Virus record (IMG/VR): IMGVR_UViG_3300014968_000001
Location: 1-64,000 of that record
DNA: 64,000 bases
Strand: one strand, 5' to 3'
Origin: a virus
Lineage: Duplodnaviria > Caudoviricetes
The notes below the pieces were generated by a model. The model made no database searches and was not told the DNA's origin. It saw only the letters and a program-made list of their open reading frames with translations. Shown piece after piece: positions 19,301-28,607 of the stretch (position 1 is the stretch's first letter; the number at the start of each line of letters is the position of its first letter). The position numbers and the translations under genes are program-made.

Positions 19301-22300
19301 CGCACCGCCAATTCAGCAAGGCGCAGCAACCGGCGTTGAAGGCATCGGCCAATTGCTCAGGCAGGCGGGTTACGACGAAAAGACCGTCGCCGTGGCGCAA
19401 CGGATATTGGATAGGCTGGATAAAACCGGCGCATTGGATTTTAGCAAGTTGACCCTGCAATTGAAGCAGCAATTGGAATATGGCGCGGCTGGTCTGGCGC
19501 ATGTGAGCCACGACCTGATTCAATTGGCATCGGGCGCGAACGCCACGACGTTTCCGCATGAACTGTTTCACTTTCTATTCGAGCATCTGCCGGCGGAGCG
19601 ACAGGCGGAAATCAACCAGTATAGGGTGGCGGAATTGCGGAATATTCTCGGTGACAATATTCCGAAGGAATTGGCCGATGGCACGTTGACAACCGAAGCG
19701 TTTCTCAAGGCGTATCCGGATGACGACCACCAGAGGCTTTTGTATCCGTTGATAAACAACAGCGAATTTTTGGCCAACTTTGCCGGCAAAGAGGCAGTCA
19801 GCGATTACGAAAAGGCGAACGACCCGTCCAAGTGGAACCAGTTCAAGAACACCATCAAACAACTGGCTCGGATTGTGGTGCAATCGGTTCGGGGCGCGTT
19901 GCGGTTGCGCCCGGACATGCGGCAGATATTCGACGAATTGCAGGCAGGCAAATGGCGACCGGACGCGGAGAGCGGCAAGGCGTACGAGATGGCTAGGGAA
20001 GCGCAGGCGCAAGCACCGCGCACGCTCAGGGAATATGAGAAGGAAAAGGCGTTCAACGAGCCGTTGGTGGCGGAGCGCACATTGGGGGCGTACGGCGACA
20101 TTGCCGATTTGAAGAACAAATTCGCCGATCAATTGGGCATCAGTGAGCAGGCCCGTAAAAACCTGAACCTGCCGAGCCAGGATTTGTTGAGCGCCGTGGC
20201 CAGTGGAGACGCCCGATTGCCGCGGGTGGCGTTCGACAATTACAATCAGGTGCGGATTTTAACGGAACACGCGGGGCCGGGAGCGCGATGGTCGGTCATT
20301 CGGGATGCGTGGCGTGGGGCGACCGACGAGTTGAATCGGATGGCCAATACCGAGAAGAAATTCCAGCGTCAACAGGAATACATCACGAGTAAAGGGTTTC
20401 GGGACAAGATGAAGCGGGCGTTCCAACGCAAGGCAGACGCCGATATGTCGCAGCGCACGTTGACCACGTTCAAGCATCAAATTACCGAGCAAGCGGGATT
20501 AATCATCAAAGCGTTGAATGAGAAGGGAAAGACCGACGCGCAAGTGGAACAATTGCGTCAGGATTTGGCACGGGTTCAAAAGTTGGGCGAGTTCGGGGAA
20601 GCGGTAAGACAGCGGGTGCAGGACATCATTGACACCGTGGCGGCGACCGAAGGCGGTCTGGATTTGCTCTATAACGGCACGGATAAGACCGGCACGAAGA
20701 TTTACAATGCCTATTTGGATTTGAAAGAGTCCACCGCCAAGCAACCGCCATCAGCAGGATTGGCCGGGACTGTCGATGAACGGTTTTTAAGCGCCGAAGA
20801 TAAGGCGCGGGTTGCTGCGAGCAAACTGCCATTGGTGAGCGAGGATCACAAACTATTCGCCAAGCTCGCCGCGCAAGTGCTGGCCGCAAACACGGATTTG
20901 AGGCTGCAACTGGCCACCATGCAGCATTTCAATACCGATCCTGATTTCGCCGGGAAAGTCACGGCAGTCGGGGAGAAGTTTCGGAAGCAGTACGAGAAAG
21001 ACCCGACGAACGCGGTGAAGCAGATGGTCAAGGCCACGGAAGGATTGACGAAGAAAGCGTTGGACGCGCAGACAGCATGGTTGCGGGTGAACGCCGATGT
21101 CACAAGGGAATTGAAGAAATATCAGGCGTTGGACGAAGCCACTACGGTTGACCGGATGGTTCGGGAATCGTCCCAGTGGAATCAGCGCATGAACCTGATT
21201 TCTCGGGATGCGGGCAGCATCGAAGTGCCGCCATCCGAGCGTGGGCGGGATACCAACCCGATTTCACCGTCGAACGTCTGGAACGAGTTCATGGGCCGGG
21301 GAACTATGGTTGGGCCGAGTGGTGCTACATACGAGATTGATTTGGGACATACTAAGGCAACCGCCGATGCCGCGCAACTTGAGACGCAGAAATACCTGAA
21401 CGACATCAACAGTTGGTTGAACGATCCGAAGAACGCCACATCGCCGTATCGGGATTATTGGCAGATGCGCTTTGACTTCGCCGATGCGTCATTGAACGTG
21501 TCCCTGGCGTTGCGACCGCCGACGGTGGAATCGTTGTGGTGGAAGAATCCGGCCACGATCCCCGAATTCTTTTTCAAAGGGGCTTCCCTGCCGGACGCCA
21601 AGATTTCGAGCATGGCCAGCGCGAACTACGCCCGTGCATGGGTGGTGGCTGACCAATGGTATAACGGCGCCATGCCAAAAATCATCTACGCACTCCGCAA
21701 AGGCATGGGCAGTCACGGCAAGGAGTATGACGCGAATTTCGACATCAAACGGTATCAGCGCGACGTGATGGACCGGCTGGCATCGGAATATCGCCACGGC
21801 AAAGCGTTGGCGGCGGGCGACCGGCTGAACAACGGTGTCGTTTTGACACAGCAAGACATCAAGGCGTTGGAAACAATTGGGTTTCACGTCAATGAACTGA
21901 TGAACCTGCAACGGAACATCGGGCGCGAAAAACTGATGCCCAACACGCTGGTCATCGATGAATGGGCAAAAGGTGCGTGGGGATTGCGCGCGCCGCAGGA
22001 ATTGGGAGCACGCAAGGGGACGACGTTGCCGCATGAATTCTCACAACGGGCAAAGACACTGGCGCGACTGGTGGCGGGGCCGCAGGGGTTGAAATCGGGT
22101 GATTTGGCTGGTCTGGAACAATTGCTCGATTCACAGGACAATTTCACCGAGTTCGTCCAACGATTCATTGCCGAACGGCGGGCGGATTATTCGACACAGA
22201 CGCCGTTCGAGGACATCTATAAAGACATCGCGCAGAAATGGCGGGACGGAGCGCCGGATGCACCGCAAACGATTCAGGAGATTGTTGACTACATCGACTC

Positions 22301-25058
22301 CAACACGACGAGCGATTACGACAAGGACAGCATCAAGGGTATTTTGTTGGGCGAGATGGACGGTCAGATTCGGAAGTTCTACAAGGATTTTGTGGAGCCG
22401 AACAAAAACTCCGCCGGGGCCACTACGGTTGAGAGCGTGCAGCGGGACACCGCTTTCAGCAAGGCGTACCAGAAAGATGTCGGAAGTTCGTTCTATTACG
22501 ATTACGGAGCGGTGACAGCTCCGGAAATCCGCAACATGGGCGTGGACTCGACCAACTTCCATTTGGTTCGACTGGTCAACACCCTGGATGCACTGGTGAA
22601 ATCGTATGACACCGCCATCGCGCAGATTGAAGGCGTGTCCAAAGACGATCAGAAAGCGTTCATCAAAAAGGGCATGGTGGCGTTTCGCAGCGGTGAAGAT
22701 TTTCGGAATTGGGAACGGTTGAAAGCGGAGCGTCGCATCGCCCAATATTTCAAGGAATCATTGCCGCAAGCGTACGGCAAAGACCAATCGTTGCCACTGG
22801 AACTGTTTAGCAACGTCAAGCGGGTGACGGGCGATGCCATTTCTACGGCGTTGAGCGGGTTGGGCACGTTCCTGAATGTGTCCTTTGGTTCGCCGATGAA
22901 GATGATGCTGACGTTGGGCGCATTGGATCGGGTGTATGGGATGACCTATTTCCGGGGCGTCCTGAACACGATGGCCAGCGTCATGCGCTACGGTTTGGTT
23001 GGAGTGCCCAAGACCGCGTATAAAATCGGCAAGATCGGGTTTGACTTGCATTCGGTCGGATTGAAAGAAAAAGCGGCGGAGTTCTGGATACGCGGATTGC
23101 AGGAAGCGACCGAAGGATTGTTTCGCCAGTCGGAGTTCTACGACCAGCAATACAAGTATGGGTTGGGCTTTGCGAACCCGGTTGGGGAACGAATCGCCAA
23201 CATCATCGCCATGCCCTACACGCACGGGATGGGTTACGAAGCGAAATTTTCCGATAACCCGCTTCTTGCCGGCGGACAGAAGTTGGGATTTCGCGCGTTG
23301 AGTCTCGCCGAAGCGCCGTTGGAACTGGTGAAGTCGTATTTCCCACAATTCGGTTACGTGGTGAGCTACGATGCTGCGGCACGGACGGCGGGACAGATTA
23401 TTGACGGCATCGCAGGGCAGGCGCGGCGATCATTCGATTATCTGGAAAAGAGCGGCAAACTGGCGCAATGGGATTTGAAGGACATCAAAAGTCCGAAGAA
23501 CCAACAGATACCATCGGAATACGTCATCCCGGGTTTCTTCACCAAGAAAAGTGCCACCGCACAGAATTTCGCGGCGTTATGGTGGTCACGGGCGATTGAC
23601 CAGCCGTTCCACGAGACGGTGTTGAACTACTGGAAAAAGCTCAGTGAAACCAAACCGGAAGACAGGGACAAGGTGAGCTTTCTCGCAGCGGACGTGGCTG
23701 ATCCCGCGAAGGTAAAACAGGTTGAGGACGCGCGCGGCGGGGCGTTGTTGGGTGTGGCGGTCAAGGACGTGCATCATGCCAGCCCGGAGAATCGCCCGTT
23801 GGAACTGCGCAAGAACCAGTTGTTGAGCGCCATCTTCCCGTTGGCCGGTTGGTTCAGTCATTCCGCCAGGGGCGTGTTTCAAGCCGTTGGAAAAGCACCC
23901 ACCGACCCATATAGCACCTACCGCCGATTGGCGGTCATCGCAGGCATCACGGCGTTGAACGTGGCGGCAATGGGCATCGTTGGCGGCGAGGTCGAGAAGG
24001 AAATCAAGCGGTTGATGTATAAACTCGTGTATCACGAGGAATTTCCCGCGAAACAGATTTGGCGCGGTGGCAGCGCAAAAGAAGTCGCGCAGATAGCGTT
24101 GATGGACGATACCAGCTTCATCCCGTTGGCGCATGATGTCGCGGCGATCCTGTTGGGCACAAAACGCGGCGGCGAAGGATTGGGCGGGACAGTGTTCGCC
24201 TTGAGCAAACTCAATTCGATACTGGATTATTTCAAAGGCGTCATCAAAACCGGACAACCGACGTATGGCGTGGCGAACCTGTTAAAGACGATGGCGCCAA
24301 GCACCAAGGTCATCATCAATCAACTCGCCAGCCAACAGGGATTGATTGCGGCTCGAAATGCCAAGACGTTGCTGGATTTGTATGGGCCGGAAGATTTGCG
24401 CGGCAAAGGTCAGGAAGTGACGTTCCATGACCCGACACCGTTGACGCCGTATCGAAACGATTTGCGGAACGCGATATTTTCGGGCGATGCCGAAGGGGTG
24501 AAAGTGGCGGCGAAAGCGTATCTGGACAAGGCAGTGGCGATGGGCAATGAACCGGAGAAAGCGCAGTCATTGTTGCGGTCCACGATGAGCGCCTTGAACC
24601 TGATGAAGATGGGTGGGAAGAAGTTGACGGACGACCAACTCGCAGCGTTCATCGGAAACCTGACAGACGCGGAAAAGGCACAAGTCAATGCGGCCAATCA
24701 GAATTGGGTGGGGGCAGAGAAGGCGTTGGGGATGGAAGGAACGTTGACCGCGCAACCGCCGGGTGGCAGCGCAGGGCGAATCGGCGGCAGCGGTGCAGGC
24801 GTGACCAGCGCATACGACACAGGCGGTCGAACTGGGAAACTGCGACCGTTGAGCGCAGGCGGTGGCTCATTCCGACGTGCAGCGATTGGTGGTGGAACAG
24901 GTAGATTGCGTCGGATGGCCGGTGGACGCTCTACGAGTGCGCCGTCGAAGGCCACCGCCATGAAAGCACCGAAGCTGCGTCGGACGACCAGCCATTTTCG
25001 AGGGGGCACGACGAACAGGTTGCGGAGTCATCATAAGAAGAACGCTTTGTTGGCGTAA
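16389..25058 (+). CDS. Giant internal virion / large polyvalent protein (2889 aa) with HExxH motif
   Basis: FTPP N-terminal repeats, hydrophobic segments, VARVSYNGRIW domain, SH3-like segments, FPHELFHFLF, helical C-half, Gly/Arg-rich tail. Confidence 0.85.
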   Translation: MPFTPPNSIDELIADDSPPPAKYNFTPPQSADDVTDISAPPDSSFRPPDASKGIKEDSKLAQRAKELADVQEQKSEPTTPLGAGTKEFVRGIPAFAHRGGAVTLAAMSDAAAKAYNFVNPDNPLPDTSVSQFSQNPTAPLPAEEGAEEMRGIGRFGQKALQGAIKVAPAIGASAGIGAVGVAPEIAGAIPFAFDANGKPDPVSAGLMLALPGIGKLGEKGVAKWLDSTAGYDTAEKIAGVIKDATGKPVSKDTVAAWLKAGGNQVAANAALMASQIPDIAKSENPKQAFLDALAGNLAPSLLAFMGHEQEPGSPDAQKTAALNSGKWVVPGTERRLIGTEEKRNIQPPTEGGPSASGIREDTGQPAEAGKTIEGSKTDSGNDVEQTPSGQSESVAERKEVPPETPQPPSGNVPLTPAVDRAQRLEDLRKIPNRTPEQEQEFQALVAESGSVQQKMAAEIAKVKANEKPTPAVPPQETPPPKPPDTPAVALTEMPSLALHVEGEKTVRQVKNMEEAAALVDQLREASDMGSSEFPQMTIVDTKTGKPVARVSYNGRIWGLDGKEIERADNRGYGKPDAIDVSKETPKQPIFKPAKIERPWDIIDEIESKHGTILNKKSSKPGHEDYYNTEGYTRAASGAGKRLFSAKGSGPDKILQALIDSGAMHPDATVDDLWEAIDRASKARGAHYRGELPEQKANKFYAAMDKALKDKKSQKLTVGELQVGDQFTLGKEKFTVKFIDPDTGEVTVQDGKKFGTQTIPDGADIAVDAGSYKAAKPETASEDPFAVENTKTPPKLRPGEKVGEMFQGGDQPFNLSGETTKDIERIQKEKEAAEKAAAEAKALQEKQQLGLPGTETKSTGPQKYRIGKNPSTYEIVERLPASDVEKENGEQPVKIKNDRTGEVSTVLEQDLTAVQSHAGEEKAAKGPSLDDQLKAYGMDPGGFQNAAQKREAIKRAKAKGDKPKFSVQADPNAPPIQQGAATGVEGIGQLLRQAGYDEKTVAVAQRILDRLDKTGALDFSKLTLQLKQQLEYGAAGLAHVSHDLIQLASGANATTFPHELFHFLFEHLPAERQAEINQYRVAELRNILGDNIPKELADGTLTTEAFLKAYPDDDHQRLLYPLINNSEFLANFAGKEAVSDYEKANDPSKWNQFKNTIKQLARIVVQSVRGALRLRPDMRQIFDELQAGKWRPDAESGKAYEMAREAQAQAPRTLREYEKEKAFNEPLVAERTLGAYGDIADLKNKFADQLGISEQARKNLNLPSQDLLSAVASGDARLPRVAFDNYNQVRILTEHAGPGARWSVIRDAWRGATDELNRMANTEKKFQRQQEYITSKGFRDKMKRAFQRKADADMSQRTLTTFKHQITEQAGLIIKALNEKGKTDAQVEQLRQDLARVQKLGEFGEAVRQRVQDIIDTVAATEGGLDLLYNGTDKTGTKIYNAYLDLKESTAKQPPSAGLAGTVDERFLSAEDKARVAASKLPLVSEDHKLFAKLAAQVLAANTDLRLQLATMQHFNTDPDFAGKVTAVGEKFRKQYEKDPTNAVKQMVKATEGLTKKALDAQTAWLRVNADVTRELKKYQALDEATTVDRMVRESSQWNQRMNLISRDAGSIEVPPSERGRDTNPISPSNVWNEFMGRGTMVGPSGATYEIDLGHTKATADAAQLETQKYLNDINSWLNDPKNATSPYRDYWQMRFDFADASLNVSLALRPPTVESLWWKNPATIPEFFFKGASLPDAKISSMASANYARAWVVADQWYNGAMPKIIYALRKGMGSHGKEYDANFDIKRYQRDVMDRLASEYRHGKALAAGDRLNNGVVLTQQDIKALETIGFHVNELMNLQRNIGREKLMPNTLVIDEWAKGAWGLRAPQELGARKGTTLPHEFSQRAKTLARLVAGPQGLKSGDLAGLEQLLDSQDNFTEFVQRFIAERRADYSTQTPFEDIYKDIAQKWRDGAPDAPQTIQEIVDYIDSNTTSDYDKDSIKGILLGEMDGQIRKFYKDFVEPNKNSAGATTVESVQRDTAFSKAYQKDVGSSFYYDYGAVTAPEIRNMGVDSTNFHLVRLVNTLDALVKSYDTAIAQIEGVSKDDQKAFIKKGMVAFRSGEDFRNWERLKAERRIAQYFKESLPQAYGKDQSLPLELFSNVKRVTGDAISTALSGLGTFLNVSFGSPMKMMLTLGALDRVYGMTYFRGVLNTMASVMRYGLVGVPKTAYKIGKIGFDLHSVGLKEKAAEFWIRGLQEATEGLFRQSEFYDQQYKYGLGFANPVGERIANIIAMPYTHGMGYEAKFSDNPLLAGGQKLGFRALSLAEAPLELVKSYFPQFGYVVSYDAAARTAGQIIDGIAGQARRSFDYLEKSGKLAQWDLKDIKSPKNQQIPSEYVIPGFFTKKSATAQNFAALWWSRAIDQPFHETVLNYWKKLSETKPEDRDKVSFLAADVADPAKVKQVEDARGGALLGVAVKDVHHASPENRPLELRKNQLLSAIFPLAGWFSHSARGVFQAVGKAPTDPYSTYRRLAVIAGITALNVAAMGIVGGEVEKEIKRLMYKLVYHEEFPAKQIWRGGSAKEVAQIALMDDTSFIPLAHDVAAILLGTKRGGEGLGGTVFALSKLNSILDYFKGVIKTGQPTYGVANLLKTMAPSTKVIINQLASQQGLIAARNAKTLLDLYGPEDLRGKGQEVTFHDPTPLTPYRNDLRNAIFSGDAEGVKVAAKAYLDKAVAMGNEPEKAQSLLRSTMSALNLMKMGGKKLTDDQLAAFIGNLTDAEKAQVNAANQNWVGAEKALGMEGTLTAQPPGGSAGRIGGSGAGVTSAYDTGGRTGKLRPLSAGGGSFRRAAIGGGTGRLRRMAGGRSTSAPSKATAMKAPKLRRTTSHFRGGTTNRLRSHHKKNALLA

Positions 25059-25110
25059 AATAAAGCAAAATTCTTTGTTGACAGTAACGCACGAGTGGCG
25101 TTATTGGTAT
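25059..25110 (+). promoter_or_regulatory. Promoter with conserved upstream box AATAAAGCAAAA-N7-TTGACA
   Basis: Same box and spacing at 45879-45903; the -10 is not clear. Confidence 0.6.
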
Positions 25111-25119
25111 TTCAAGAAT

Positions 25120-25238
25120 GAGCGTGTGCCTGAAACGTAAAACAGGAAGGAAGCCAATCATAGGGAACAGCCTATGACGCCGATAAGATACTGGGACCTG
25201 TTATCCTTGTATTGCAGGTTCAAATCCTGCCGCGCTCA
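25120..25238 (+). ncRNA. tRNA-like RNA (119 nt) with ~50-nt expanded anticodon region
   Basis: Acceptor GAGCGTG/CGCGCTC-A, T-arm GCAGG-TTCAAAT-CCTGC, D-like arm CCTG/CAGG, no encoded CCA; inner hairpin TCATAGG/CCTATGA. Confidence 0.7.
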
Positions 25239-25246
25239 CTAATTTT

Positions 25247-25324
25247 ATGCCAATCTACAAACGCTACTACCAAGGCGAATATTGGTATTCTTACGATGGA
25301 GTCAGTTGGTATCTTTGCCGGTAA
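25247..25324 (+). CDS. 25-aa Tyr/Trp-rich micro-ORF
   Basis: MPIYKRYYQGEYWYSYDGVSWYLCR; fits between the RNA and the next gene. Confidence 0.4.
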   Translation: MPIYKRYYQGEYWYSYDGVSWYLCR

Positions 25325-25329
25325 TAGCC

Positions 25330-25797
25330 ATGAACTCTCAACCCCCACCCGACGATCTCGGACCAAAAATCTCGCCTGAACTGGCCGCTAACATCAAGCG
25401 GATGGTGAAGCAGAAGATTGCGGCGATTGACCCGAAATCGGTCAAGCCAAAGGGGAAAACGGTGGTTGGGAAGCATTCGGCTATTCCATGTTACTTCTGT
25501 GGAATTTGCGACGGTTTGAGTAAAGAGAAGCATCCGATTGGTTACGAGGGGTTGCCCAAGGAAAAGGATTGCGATGAGTGCCGGTCGCATTTGGAGCAAG
25601 GTATGATTGCCGTTCGCGCTCCGGATGGGCGTTATGCGTTTGTTTACAACACGGCATTGGCGGGTGAGTTGGAGCAGACATCTAAAGATGCGGTGGCGGC
25701 AGGTAAGGCAGCAACGCCGTTGGATCGCGTGGTGATTGGAAATCAGGAATTTGATTTGCTGGTGAAGCGTTATCAGTCGGTGCAGCAGAGTAATTGA
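25330..25797 (+). CDS. Hypothetical zinc-binding protein
   Basis: IPCYFCG and DCDECR motifs. Confidence 0.7.
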   Translation: MNSQPPPDDLGPKISPELAANIKRMVKQKIAAIDPKSVKPKGKTVVGKHSAIPCYFCGICDGLSKEKHPIGYEGLPKEKDCDECRSHLEQGMIAVRAPDGRYAFVYNTALAGELEQTSKDAVAAGKAATPLDRVVIGNQEFDLLVKRYQSVQQSN

Positions 25798-25800
25798 CCT

Positions 25801-26007
25801 ATGAGCGAATTCTTCCAAAAACTCAACACCACCGACCGCAGGTTGGAATGGATTCACAAAGGCAGTTGTGGCGGGGCGGTCACTGTCGGACCATCGAAGC
25901 CGAGAAATAAAGTGTTTGATTTCGGCAAGAAGCAGCCCAAGTTGATTTTGAAGCATTGTGAAAAATGCGGGAGAAATGAAGTAGAACCGGCGGAGGAAAA
26001 GGTATGA
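25801..26007 (+). CDS. Small hypothetical protein (zinc ribbon-like)
   Basis: HKGSCGG ... HCEKCGR. Confidence 0.6.
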   Translation: MSEFFQKLNTTDRRLEWIHKGSCGGAVTVGPSKPRNKVFDFGKKQPKLILKHCEKCGRNEVEPAEEKV

Positions 26008-26318
26008 TCGAATACACTGTTGATTATTTTATCGAGAAGTTTGAGGCGATTCCAGAGGGCAAGTGGTGCACACATGACCTTTTAAATTCACACGGGCAGC
26101 GCTGCGCTCAGGGCCACTGTATGCCGGAAGTTGGAAATGGCGAGTTTCTTTGGTCGATTATTCAAGCCGGAAAAGACACTAAAGAAAGACAAGCTTTGGA
26201 GAAAATTCTTCCAGAGGTTTGCGATATAAACAACGGTCGGTCTAAAGAATATCCCCAACCCACATGCAAGGCACGTATTCTGGCTGCGTTGAGGGATGTG
26301 AAGGAGAAGGCGAAATGA
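26004..26318 (+). CDS. Hypothetical protein
   Basis: KWCTH..GQRCAQGHC..INNG; ATGA-coupled. Confidence 0.7.
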   Translation: MIEYTVDYFIEKFEAIPEGKWCTHDLLNSHGQRCAQGHCMPEVGNGEFLWSIIQAGKDTKERQALEKILPEVCDINNGRSKEYPQPTCKARILAALRDVKEKAK

Positions 26319-26500
26319 AATCCCCCGCCATCCAAACCGCCGACCAAGCCATTCGCATGTATTCCGCGATTGAAGCCTTGCTAAACCAGTTCAAAAGCGA
26401 GAACCGCAAACGCCGTCAGAAATGCGCGAACTGCGGTGCGCCGATCCTGAAAGGCGATACCAGTTGCGTGGCTTGTGGCGCGACGGATTTTGAGACATGA
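26315..26500 (+). CDS. Small protein with zinc ribbon
   Basis: CANCGA..SCVACGA; ATGA-coupled on both sides. Confidence 0.65.
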   Translation: MKSPAIQTADQAIRMYSAIEALLNQFKSENRKRRQKCANCGAPILKGDTSCVACGATDFET

Positions 26501-27102
26501 GCGAACTCACCCACAAAGATTTGCATTGGTTCCATCTGGCGAATGCCTGTCCGGTATTCGACTTTTACGAATTCAAGGATCGCTTTCTGCGCCGGTTCGG
26601 AACGCCTGATGGATGGGATTTGCAAATTATTGAGTATAGCTGCTGGACGTGCAACGGTACTGGAATGTATTCGCCTGATAACATCTGCCGATCCTGCGGT
26701 GGCGACGGAATTTATCGCACGGCACGGATTTGGTTGGAGCGAATTATCATCGGCGAACGGGCGTATCACATTCCCTACAAAGGCCCGTATGTGAATCCCG
26801 AAATCAATCTTGAGCCGAGAAATGTCATCGAAGGCAAAATTAAGAAAGGCATCCGCAAGCCCCACCCATTGACGCCATTGTTTGAGGACATCATCGAAGA
26901 AGTCCCGTTCAATGTTGGATGGCGCTCGTATCGCCGACTGCTGCTGCGCCATGAGCCGATGCGGTATTACTGGATAGTCATGGATGGCATGAAAGGAAAG
27001 ATTTCCAGGCATCGCGCCAAGTTGGAATTTTGCCTCATCAAACTCCGCAACAAACTGGATTTGTTCAAGAGCGTTCCTGAACACGACGAAGTGCCGTTTT
27101 AA
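26497..27102 (+). CDS. Hypothetical protein with DnaJ-type CxxCxGxG zinc finger
   Basis: CWTCNGTG..CRSCGGDG; ends DEVPF. Confidence 0.7.
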   Translation: MSELTHKDLHWFHLANACPVFDFYEFKDRFLRRFGTPDGWDLQIIEYSCWTCNGTGMYSPDNICRSCGGDGIYRTARIWLERIIIGERAYHIPYKGPYVNPEINLEPRNVIEGKIKKGIRKPHPLTPLFEDIIEEVPFNVGWRSYRRLLLRHEPMRYYWIVMDGMKGKISRHRAKLEFCLIKLRNKLDLFKSVPEHDEVPF

Positions 27103-27123
27103 CCCTCAACCCAAAAACTCATT

Positions 27124-27666
27124 ATGCCGACATTCAAACGGTGTCCGAAAGAAGTCAACAAACTGGCGAACGAAATCCTCAACGAATTCGAGACGCACAA
27201 ACCCCTGCGCGATTGCAAAGCCATCGTGGATTTGGTGTTCGCCTATCCCGATTACGATGAAGCCACCGGAGAGCCGTTAAACGATGCGCTGTCCAAGAAC
27301 GGTTGCAAAGCATTGGGCATCGCCCGCAAGTTGCCGCCGAAAGACCGCGCAATGGGTCGTGGTGACGCCGAGATTGCGCTGGATGGTCATTGGTGGGAAC
27401 GCGCCAGCGATGCGGAACAGAAAGCGTTGCTCGACCATGAACTGCATCATTTGATGCCGAAGATCGACAAGCGCGGGTTGGTGTTGGACGATTCCAACCG
27501 ACCGGTGATTGTTCTGCGACCGCACGATTTCGAGGTTGGCTGGTTTCATATCATCGCCGCACGGCATGGGGACGCGAGCCAGGAACGGCAGCAGGCGAAG
27601 GCACTCGTCGATAAGGCAGGGCAGTATTATTGGCCGGGGTTGCAACTCACGAACGGCAAGAAATAA
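27124..27666 (+). CDS. Putative phage metallopeptidase
   Basis: LLDHELHHL ... RPHDFEVGWF. Confidence 0.8.
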   Translation: MPTFKRCPKEVNKLANEILNEFETHKPLRDCKAIVDLVFAYPDYDEATGEPLNDALSKNGCKALGIARKLPPKDRAMGRGDAEIALDGHWWERASDAEQKALLDHELHHLMPKIDKRGLVLDDSNRPVIVLRPHDFEVGWFHIIAARHGDASQERQQAKALVDKAGQYYWPGLQLTNGKK

Positions 27667-28074
27667 ATGCCCAGTAAACTCTCCAAACGCCTAGATCGTT
27701 TCCCACCGTTCCTGTGCTACGCACTTTGCACGGTCAGGCTTCCACAATATACAAGGAAGCCGACCAGCAAATGGCAAGGCAGGCGAAATTGGCGGCGAAT
27801 CAACCGTTATGAACTTTCCAAGCGAACCGGAATTCCAGTGAGGTCAGTTGAGCGTTACGTCCAACGGATCAGTTGGGAAAATTTCTTGGTCGGGGACATG
27901 CTTCGTTTTTTGGACGCTTGCGGAATTGACCCCTTGAACATAGAACTGTCAACCTTGAAAATAAAAAGGCGCATGAAAGGGTTGAAAAACAAAAAATTCC
28001 AGTATTTGACAACCGTGCAGTGGGATTTGTTGATGCGGAAGTTTCGGGAGTGGAAGGGGAGGAACGGGCAATGA
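27667..28074 (+). CDS. Putative HTH DNA-binding protein
   Basis: INRYELSKRTGIPVRSVERY. Confidence 0.55.
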   Translation: MPSKLSKRLDRFPPFLCYALCTVRLPQYTRKPTSKWQGRRNWRRINRYELSKRTGIPVRSVERYVQRISWENFLVGDMLRFLDACGIDPLNIELSTLKIKRRMKGLKNKKFQYLTTVQWDLLMRKFREWKGRNGQ

Positions 28075-28274
28075 ATCCGTGCCGCCATCCAAAAAGTAAA
28101 CTTTGGAAAGACGTTGTTTACGGGGATTTGGTTGTTGTCTGCGATTGCGGAGCGTGGGCTTACGTGAACACAAATGACGACTTTAAAGACCATGACAAAT
28201 TGAAACGCGCGCTCAACAGCACCATACTTACCGAGCGACCGAAGACACGCACTAAAACTCAGGTGAAGCTATGA
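28071..28274 (+). CDS. Small hypothetical protein
   Basis: MNPCRHPK..VVCDCGA; ATGA-coupled. Confidence 0.55.
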   Translation: MNPCRHPKSKLWKDVVYGDLVVVCDCGAWAYVNTNDDFKDHDKLKRALNSTILTERPKTRTKTQVKL

Positions 28275-28507
28275 ACCGCGACACAAAAATAAACAAGCTC
28301 GCCCGCGCCATCAAAGATTATCGCGGCAAGTTTATCCCCAATCCCGATGGATCGATAAACAAATGGATGGTGGGCCCGAAACCGGACGCCTTAAAACGAG
28401 TGGCTCGGTGGTGTTCGGAATTGAAACTGCCCGTGCAGGAAACATTAACGAAGGTGGATGAATTCAAAAACTACGCGCAGTTTGAGGCGTGGATTAAGGG
28501 GATATGA
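28271..28507 (+). CDS. Hypothetical protein
   Basis: 78 aa; ATGA-coupled. Confidence 0.6.
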   Translation: MNRDTKINKLARAIKDYRGKFIPNPDGSINKWMVGPKPDALKRVARWCSELKLPVQETLTKVDEFKNYAQFEAWIKGI

Positions 28508-28605
28508 AAATGGATTCTGAAATGTTTGGTTGCGGTTGGATAATTATTTGCCTTGGAATCTTTGTGCTTTGCATGGGTGGATGCGAACACTTCATATCTC
28601 ACTAA
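28504..28605 (+). CDS. 33-aa hydrophobic peptide
   Basis: MKMDSEMFGCGWIIICLGIFVLCMGGCEHFISH; ATGA overlap with upstream stop. Confidence 0.4.
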   Translation: MKMDSEMFGCGWIIICLGIFVLCMGGCEHFISH

Positions 28606-28607
28606 GT

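Noticed and set aside
16389-25058. N4-like virion RNA polymerase or lytic transglycosylase
   Set aside because: No polymerase or lysozyme catalytic motifs recognised.
25120-25238. Canonical tRNA, tmRNA or attP
   Set aside because: No 7-nt anticodon loop with U33; too short, no G3:U70 and no tag ORF for tmRNA; the paired 5' acceptor strand and lack of an integrase argue against a simple att core.
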